DNA of 64,000 bases from assembly GCA_963703225.1 (NCBI GenBank), contig OY969801.1, positions 1,440,001-1,504,000 on the forward strand, written 5' to 3'. The notes under the pieces are model-generated. The model saw only the letters and a program-made list of their open reading frames with translations. It was not told the DNA's origin and searched no databases. Below are positions 57,863-64,000 of the stretch, in pieces (within the stretch, counting starts at the first letter, position 1; the number at the start of each line of letters is the position of its first letter). Made by a program: the position numbers and the translations under genes. The DNA is from Candidatus Eiseniibacteriota bacterium. Its GTDB lineage: Bacteria > Eisenbacteria > RBG-16-71-46 > SZUA-252.

Positions 57863-60169
57863 CTAGGAGCCGAGGTACGCGCCCACGAGCCACACCCCGC
57901 CGATGATCCAGAGCATGAGGGCTACCCCGCGGAGTGGTAGCTCGATCGAAGCTCGGCGACGACGAAGGGCGAAGAAGAGGAGCTCCTGAACGATCAGGCC
58001 GGCGAGGATCCAGCCCGTGACGCCATACCTCTCGGCTAGGTGGTCGCGGAATTTAGGGTAGGCGGATGCCATCCGGGCGAGGCTCTTCTCCATCGACTCG
58101 ATCTCGGCCGAATCGGGGGGGAACGGTGCCAGCGTAATCGCCTCGGGGGCTCCTCCGCGGGGAGCGGTTCGCACCAGAACCTCGGCTCCCTCGCGGCGCA
58201 CCGACCCGGCGCCGAGCCATGGAGAGAGCGTCACATCCCAGTTCTCGGGGCCCTGATAGTTCACCTCAAGAGTGCCCGGGCGATCCGGCTCGGAACTCGA
58301 CAGACGGGACCCGTCGCGGTCGGAGCCCCCCCCACGCGCGAGGCGCCAGACCGAAAGGGTCCAGGCGTGCCGTGCGGCTTGGTCGAGCACGATCGAGGTC
58401 GATGCCGTGGGGACCCCGTGGCGGACCACCCAACCGGCAAAAGGCTGGACGCTCCCGCGAAGGAGCCGCGCCGATGTTCCCTGGGAGCTCTCGATCGCGG
58501 CCCGGAGCTCCGTCGGGCTGCCCTCCGATGTGAGGACATAGGTCCCTGGTAGATCTCCCGGAATCAAGGCTACCTCCGGCGACGTGGTCCATGCCGTTGT
58601 CGTGCGCGCATCCTCATCTCCCTGTGTCTGGTCCAAGACGAGCCAGATGTCGGGGCGAAGATGCACGATCTGCCGCCGCGCTCGGTAGGCGCCGGGCCCC
58701 GTGCGTTCGAGGTCCAGGGCCATCATGCGGTCGCTCTCGCCATAGCCGAGGAGATGGGCGTCGCGGGGGCTCTGCCCCGGCTCGTCGAGGAGGTGGGGTG
58801 CGTTCGACCCGGTCCAGGACACCGCCTCGCCCCGCCCGGACAGGTCGTAGGACCAGTAGCCGGCATTGGTCCACCAGGATTGGCCGTCGCCCCAGAGGAG
58901 GACGCTCAGCTCGTCGGCGTGCTTGTGGCCATGACCCGGGACGTTGGACCACGTCACCAGGGTTTGCCGCCCGCCGGCCGCACTTCGGTCTCCCTCCGGC
59001 CCGTCCCACCAGATCGCGTAGCCCGCCGTCGGAAACAGCCTGCCGCCCACCCCTGGACTCCAGTCCTCGCTCCGCTTCAAGGGGGCCGCCCACCCCGCGG
59101 CGTCGACCGTCGTCACGAGCGGGACGTGCGGCTGGGGTCGGCTATCGGTGTCGCCGAGGAGAGGGAGCGTGCCATCGGGTCGCCGCATGAGGCGATAGAC
59201 GTCCTTCGCGGCCTCGTACTTGCGAATCCACTCGCGTGGGGCTGGCTCCCCCATCAGAGTGAGATAGCGGAGCGCCATCCCCATGAGCTCAACGCCGAAC
59301 GCCTGATACTCCGCCGAGTGCTCGAGAATCACGCCCTGGGAATCGACGTAGTAGTGGAATTGCTCCTCGAGCCGTCGGAAGGCAACGCGCCGCATGGAAT
59401 CGCGATCAGGCATCCAGGGAAACGCGACGGCGAGGTGCCAGAGGCCAAGGTTTTGCATGACCCCATGGTTTGTGGCGAAGGTGAACTGCGCGGGCGCCGC
59501 GAGGAACCGCCCGCTCCGGAGCGCGAATTCCAGCACGGACCGCGCCACGACGGGATCGTAGGAGCGGTGCTGCCGATACAGGCGCCAGAAATGGCCGAGC
59601 ACGACGACTCGGGATGCCAGCGCATGGTCATTCCACAAGAATCCCCGCGGCACGTGGGCTCGGCGCTCATAGTTCGCCCAGCCGCGGATGACGTCCCTGG
59701 CGGTGACAAAGTACTCCTCCCGGCCCGACTTCTCGTAGGCGGCGAGGAGAATCTCGGGCACGATCAGGCTTGCCACCTCGAGCTGCCAGCTCGACGGACC
59801 CCTCTGGACGTCGCCCGCGTCGAATGGAAGGTGCACCGTCGTGGTGGGCAGGCCCGGTACGGCCGCCTCGCCCCGAAGTAATCGCTCCGCGATCGGGAGA
59901 AGGTCGGGCTGGTCCGACCAGCGGCGAGCGGAGAAGCGAGCGCCCTCGAGCTCGGCCAACACCGAGTCCGGAGGCACGGTGCGAGCGCGTTCCACAAGAT
60001 CCGGCGAGATGGACGACCGTGGGATTCGGTAATGGTTCCAAATGGGCGCCCAGACGGCGGCGAGAACAAGCGCGGGGGCCAGCCAGCCGAATCGTCGGAG
60101 GGATGCGGAGAGATTGGGGCGCATCTCAGCCCGCATCATATCATCGCGATGACGGTGCCCGAGCGTCAA
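57863..60169 (-). CDS. Heparinase II/III-family protein, membrane-anchored at both ends
   Basis: WNDH...R, NHG, DSQGVILEHS..Y, PLLGD, HKHADELS, HN-like SNAP; N- and C-terminal TM segments. Confidence 0.8.
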   Translation of the reverse strand: MTLGHRHRDDMMRAEMRPNLSASLRRFGWLAPALVLAAVWAPIWNHYRIPRSSISPDLVERARTVPPDSVLAELEGARFSARRWSDQPDLLPIAERLLRGEAAVPGLPTTTVHLPFDAGDVQRGPSSWQLEVASLIVPEILLAAYEKSGREEYFVTARDVIRGWANYERRAHVPRGFLWNDHALASRVVVLGHFWRLYRQHRSYDPVVARSVLEFALRSGRFLAAPAQFTFATNHGVMQNLGLWHLAVAFPWMPDRDSMRRVAFRRLEEQFHYYVDSQGVILEHSAEYQAFGVELMGMALRYLTLMGEPAPREWIRKYEAAKDVYRLMRRPDGTLPLLGDTDSRPQPHVPLVTTVDAAGWAAPLKRSEDWSPGVGGRLFPTAGYAIWWDGPEGDRSAAGGRQTLVTWSNVPGHGHKHADELSVLLWGDGQSWWTNAGYWSYDLSGRGEAVSWTGSNAPHLLDEPGQSPRDAHLLGYGESDRMMALDLERTGPGAYRARRQIVHLRPDIWLVLDQTQGDEDARTTTAWTTSPEVALIPGDLPGTYVLTSEGSPTELRAAIESSQGTSARLLRGSVQPFAGWVVRHGVPTASTSIVLDQAARHAWTLSVWRLARGGGSDRDGSRLSSSEPDRPGTLEVNYQGPENWDVTLSPWLGAGSVRREGAEVLVRTAPRGGAPEAITLAPFPPDSAEIESMEKSLARMASAYPKFRDHLAERYGVTGWILAGLIVQELLFFALRRRRASIELPLRGVALMLWIIGGVWLVGAYLGS

Positions 60170-60305
60170 TTCTGCTGACTCATCACGGCGATCAGCATTA
60201 TGTTAGAATGATGCTGGAGATGCATTCAGTCCCCCGTCCCGAATCGCGCCTGCGATCGGTCAACCACGAGCCCCGCTCGGGCCCCGTCGTTCGCGAGACT
60301 CGCTG

Positions 60306-61628
60306 ATGCGCGATATCGTCCTCATCGTCGCGATTCTCGGCAGCATCCCCTTCGCTTTCGTCAAACCCTACATAGGGATTTACCTGTGGTACTGGATCGG
60401 ACTCATGAACCCCCACCGCTTCACGTGGGGCTTCATGTACACCTTCCCCGTCGCTCAATGCGTCGGCATCGCCACCGTGGCGGGAAGCCTTTTCGTGCGG
60501 CACCGCGCCCCGCTGCTGCGTTCTCGGGAGATCGTGATGCTGCTCGCGCTCACCCTCCTGTTCACGATCAACACGGCCCTCGCTCTCTTCCCCAGCGCCT
60601 GGCCGGAATGGGAAAAGGTGATGAAGGTGCTCGTCATGACCTACTTCACCGTGACCCTCATCGACGAGAAGAGAAAGCTCCGGATGCTCCTCATCGTCGT
60701 CGTGCTCTCGATCGGTTTCGTCGCCGTGAAGGGGTCCATATGGGGGATCCTCACCGGCGGGCAGTATCGTCTCTGGGGCCCCGAAGGCTCCACGTTGGGG
60801 GACAACAACTCGATGGGGCTCGCCCTCAACATGATCTTGCCTTTGGCGCTCTTTCTCGCGCGAAACGAGGAGCGCGTTTGGAGCCGGCTGCTCTTCTACG
60901 GGGTGTTCCTGAGCTCCATCTTCGGCGTCTTTCTCAGCTACTCGCGCGGTGCCTTCCTTGGGCTGGCGCCGGTCCTCACGATGCTCTTCTACCGGGCGCG
61001 GAAGAACGTATTCTTCGTGGTCTTTGGAATCAGCGTGTTCCTGGCCATCCTCGCGTTCATTCCGAACTCCTGGTTCGATCGGATGGGGACCATCCGTACG
61101 TACGAGCAGGATGAGTCGGCGATGACGAGGATTCAGACCTGGCAGTTTGCCTGGGAGCTCGCGCTGCAGCGGCCGTTCACCGGAGGAGGGTTTGATGGGT
61201 TTCGCGCCAACCCGACGAACCAAAACCCTCACAGCATCTATTTCGGCATGCTGGGCGAGCAGGGGTTCATCGCCTTCGCCCTCTTCCTCTTGCTTCTCGC
61301 GTCCTGCTTCAGCAGCCTCGGCAAGCTCGCCAAGCGATGTGGAAAGCGGCCCGAGCTCGCCTGGTACGCGGACTGCGCGAGGATGCTCCGGGTGAGTATC
61401 GTGGGCTATTCGTTCTCGGGCGCATTTCTGAATCTGCAGTACTTCGACCTTTTCTATCTGGTGGTGGCCCTCACGGCCATCCTGCGCAACTTGATCACCG
61501 TCGAGCTGGCGGCCCTCGCCGCGTCGCAGGAGACCACGGAGCCGTCGCCATCCCCGCGGGGCGCTCCCTTCGGACCTTTGCGCGGGCCCAGCCCCTTGGC
61601 GCCACCCTCGCCTCGATTCGGCGTGTGA
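60306..61628 (+). CDS. O-antigen ligase/Wzy-like polymerase, exosortase A-associated
   Basis: WIGLMNPH, DNN, SYSRGAFL, R...W, PFTGGGF, HSIYF.MLGEQG. Confidence 0.88.
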   Translation: MRDIVLIVAILGSIPFAFVKPYIGIYLWYWIGLMNPHRFTWGFMYTFPVAQCVGIATVAGSLFVRHRAPLLRSREIVMLLALTLLFTINTALALFPSAWPEWEKVMKVLVMTYFTVTLIDEKRKLRMLLIVVVLSIGFVAVKGSIWGILTGGQYRLWGPEGSTLGDNNSMGLALNMILPLALFLARNEERVWSRLLFYGVFLSSIFGVFLSYSRGAFLGLAPVLTMLFYRARKNVFFVVFGISVFLAILAFIPNSWFDRMGTIRTYEQDESAMTRIQTWQFAWELALQRPFTGGGFDGFRANPTNQNPHSIYFGMLGEQGFIAFALFLLLLASCFSSLGKLAKRCGKRPELAWYADCARMLRVSIVGYSFSGAFLNLQYFDLFYLVVALTAILRNLITVELAALAASQETTEPSPSPRGAPFGPLRGPSPLAPPSPRFGV

Positions 61629-61642
61629 GGCTCGCGTAGCGG

Positions 61643-63346
61643 ATGTCCAAGGGGATGGGTCAGGGCTGGGGTGACGCGTCACCGCACTGGGTGGCGGCGT
61701 TCCTGATCTGTCTGGTCGTATCCATCGCGGTAAACGCCGCCCTCCTCTTCGAGGGGCACATCATACTGACGGTCGATTTCTACACGCACTACCGATGGGC
61801 CTCGCAATTTCATCAGGCCCTCTCCGAAGGGGTCCTCTATCCGCGGTGGGCGCCGGCCGCAAACAATGGGCTCGGTGAACCGGCGTTCGTCTACTATCCG
61901 CCCTTCTATTTCTACCTCGTCTCGCTCGTGCAAGGGGTGACCGGGAGCCTTTGGAGCGCGATCGAGGTCGTGGCGACCGTGACGAACCTTTGTTCGGGCA
62001 TCCTTGCCTTCGCCATCGCCAGGCGCGCGGTGGGGTTCGGCTGGGCGCTGATTGCCGCGGCGCTGGTGCAGACGTCCCCATTTCTGTTGTTCACGCATGG
62101 ATATCTCAACGCATTCCCGTGGCATGCGAGCATTCCATGGATTCTCCTTGTGTTCTACGCAACGTTGACCCCCGCACGAGCCTCTCTCGATTGGAGACTG
62201 TCCCTCGCGATCGCGCTTCTCGCGGCGACGCACGTTCTGACCGCGTTCATGGTCCTCCTCTGCGTCCCCTGGGCTTGCCTGTCACCGGAGCTGAGAAACC
62301 CCGGTGAGGGCCGGCTGGCGCCCCTGGCGCGGTGGAGCCTGTCCGCGGGGGCGGGTCTACTGCTGGCGATGCCCTACCTACTGCCGGCGTTGACGACGTG
62401 GAAGCTCATTCACGCGGACGCCTGGAACATTCCAAAGATCGTCGATTGGAGGAACGCCTTCGCCTTCCCAATCGTCACGAGCCGGCTATGGGGGCTCCGA
62501 TGGTTCGCGATCCAGTGGGTGTTGGCCGCCTCCGTACTCACGCTGGCGGCGCTGGCGACCGTCCAGGCGTACCGGCTTCGTCGTCGTCGCGCGGAGCTTC
62601 CGCGTGGGCTTGTGCCCCTCTTGTGCGTCGCGTGGGCCGCACTCCTCCTGACAAGCGAGGCCAGCTATCCGCTCTATGCCGCGTTCGGCTTCCTCAGAAA
62701 GGTCCAGTATCCCTACCGCTTCCTCTGCGTCGCCGCCCCCGCCGCGACGCTCGCTGGCCTTCTCGCGCTTTGGGGCGTCCGGCGGGAACACGGCTTCGGG
62801 TGGCGCGCGGCGACCGCGCTCCCGCTCATCGGCTCCCTGCTTCTCTTCGGGGTCGTGGAGCTGGGGCTTCACCGCGAGGGACGACGCCCGCCGACTGGCC
62901 CGGAGGTGCTCCTCGGCAGATTCGGCGCGCTCGAGTACTACACGGCGGCGCGGCAGCCGGGTTGGACGGCGTACGTCGATTCCGGCGGGCTCCGCGGTGC
63001 CTGCATCCGAGCCGGCGGCGACAGCCGCGTCCTACGGGATCGGTCTCACGAGAAGGCGTGGCTGATCCAGACGCGGTCAGACGCGACGCTCCCCCTCCCC
63101 GTCTTCGCCTTTCCTGCGTGGAGCATCACGGTCGATGGCCAGCGGCGGACTCCTGGCGTGGATCCAGGGACCGGACTCCTGGCGGTCCGGCTCCCACCGG
63201 GGGAGCACAGAGCTCGGGTCGCCTGGAGTGGACTGCCGGAGGAACGGGAAGGGTTGGTGATCGGCCTCCTGGCTCTGGCCTGGATCGCGGGGACGTCTCT
63301 GAGGAGGCGTCCTTCGCCTGGCCGTCCCCTATATACTGGCCCGTGA
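61643..63346 (+). CDS. GT-C-like integral membrane protein (PTPS-related/YfhO-type)
   Basis: GVLYPRWAP..NNGLGEP.FVYYPP, QYPYRF, FPAWSI.VDG; many TM helices. Confidence 0.7.
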   Translation: MSKGMGQGWGDASPHWVAAFLICLVVSIAVNAALLFEGHIILTVDFYTHYRWASQFHQALSEGVLYPRWAPAANNGLGEPAFVYYPPFYFYLVSLVQGVTGSLWSAIEVVATVTNLCSGILAFAIARRAVGFGWALIAAALVQTSPFLLFTHGYLNAFPWHASIPWILLVFYATLTPARASLDWRLSLAIALLAATHVLTAFMVLLCVPWACLSPELRNPGEGRLAPLARWSLSAGAGLLLAMPYLLPALTTWKLIHADAWNIPKIVDWRNAFAFPIVTSRLWGLRWFAIQWVLAASVLTLAALATVQAYRLRRRRAELPRGLVPLLCVAWAALLLTSEASYPLYAAFGFLRKVQYPYRFLCVAAPAATLAGLLALWGVRREHGFGWRAATALPLIGSLLLFGVVELGLHREGRRPPTGPEVLLGRFGALEYYTAARQPGWTAYVDSGGLRGACIRAGGDSRVLRDRSHEKAWLIQTRSDATLPLPVFAFPAWSITVDGQRRTPGVDPGTGLLAVRLPPGEHRARVAWSGLPEEREGLVIGLLALAWIAGTSLRRRPSPGRPLYTGP

Positions 63347-63403
63347 CATGAAACTCATCGTGACGTTGCAGAGCGACGGCTCCGGAGGCCCAGGCACCCT
63401 CGT

Positions 63404-64000
63404 ATGATTTCCCGCTTGGTCCGGTTCCTCCTTCTCGTCATCTCGCTTCAGGCGATCTTCAGCGTGCCCTATCTCAGCCTGAGGACGGTCTTGGGACACG
63501 GAGGTCTCGTGCCCAGTCTCCTCGCCATCGGTGTCGGAGTTTGCATTCTCGCGTTCCTCGGCAGAGGCTCTCGTTCGGCTTCGCCCCGTCCCTCCTTCGA
63601 GTGGATCCTCCGTCCGACCTCGACGGCGACGTGGCTCCTGCTTCTCGCCGTGGTCGGCGTATCGGCCCGACTCGTGTGGGTGTCGCTCTTCCCAGCTCCC
63701 TTCCGGTCGGACGGGAGCGTCTATTTCACCATCGCAAAGCAACTCGCTGAGCTGGGCGTGTACCGGGATCCGCGCGGTGAGTACGCCTTCTGGCCGCCTG
63801 GCTATCCCTTCTACTTGCTCCCGTTCATCAAAGTGTTCGGAGCGAAGGACTGGGTGCCGATCCTTGCGAATTTCGTCCTGTACGTCGGAAGCCTGATCGT
63901 CGTCTACGATCTGGCGCGCCGGTGCCTCGGAAACACGTCTGCCCGCATCGCGACCCTGATCGCGGCCGCCTGGCCCAACTATGTATTCGCCTCGGGAACG
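63404..64000 (+). CDS. GT-C/ArnT-like membrane glycosyltransferase, 5' part (runs off the window)
   Basis: Hand-translated from ATG 63404: hydrophobic helices, RSDGSVYF.IA..L, AFWPPGYPF. Confidence 0.65.
   Translation, partial: MISRLVRFLLLVISLQAIFSVPYLSLRTVLGHGGLVPSLLAIGVGVCILAFLGRGSRSASPRPSFEWILRPTSTATWLLLLAVVGVSARLVWVSLFPAPFRSDGSVYFTIAKQLAELGVYRDPRGEYAFWPPGYPFYLLPFIKVFGAKDWVPILANFVLYVGSLIVVYDLARRCLGNTSARIATLIAAAWPNYVFASGT

Noticed and set aside
60198..60208. TTATGTTAGAA resembling a XerD arm
   Set aside because: There is no XerC arm at the required spacing; it is better explained as a promoter or operator.
1..64000. CRISPR arrays, tRNA/rRNA genes, IS elements
   Set aside because: No regularly spaced repeats, cloverleaf or rRNA signatures, or transposase ORFs were seen.

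Overview
High-GC bacterial chromosomal window. The gene content (PorV-family barrel, T9SS-like C-terminal domains, LptE, PEP-CTERM/exosortase A) suggests an FCB-related lineage such as Ca. Eisenbacteria; this is inference. Bases 1-18.2 kb are housekeeping genes, almost all on the + strand (xerC fragment, argF, dapA/B, proS, rpsT, uvrC, ogt, xerD, beta-CASP nuclease, Snf2 helicase, GH57). They converge on a dif-like site at 18234-18261, where gene orientation flips. The - strand then carries leuS-holA-lptE and a sigma54 two-component pair, followed by a ~38 kb PEP-CTERM/exosortase A exopolysaccharide locus. The most interesting signal lies inside that locus (33-41.4 kb). Three secreted proteins begin with a 'WTAPGDDG' FN3 domain that lacks its first beta-strand, and three proteins end in an orphan FN3 first strand (D-x2-[AP]-P-x5-L). 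One protein has both, two acceptor proteins carry a T9SS-like CTD, and two cargo proteins carry only the tail. This suggests a strand-complementation filament/adaptor system that I do not recognise as described. It sits under a sigma54 promoter and an A20-type (possibly 3',3'-cGAMP) GEMM-I riboswitch with an ON-switch terminator. Many genes carry single-base frameshifts that look like assembly errors.
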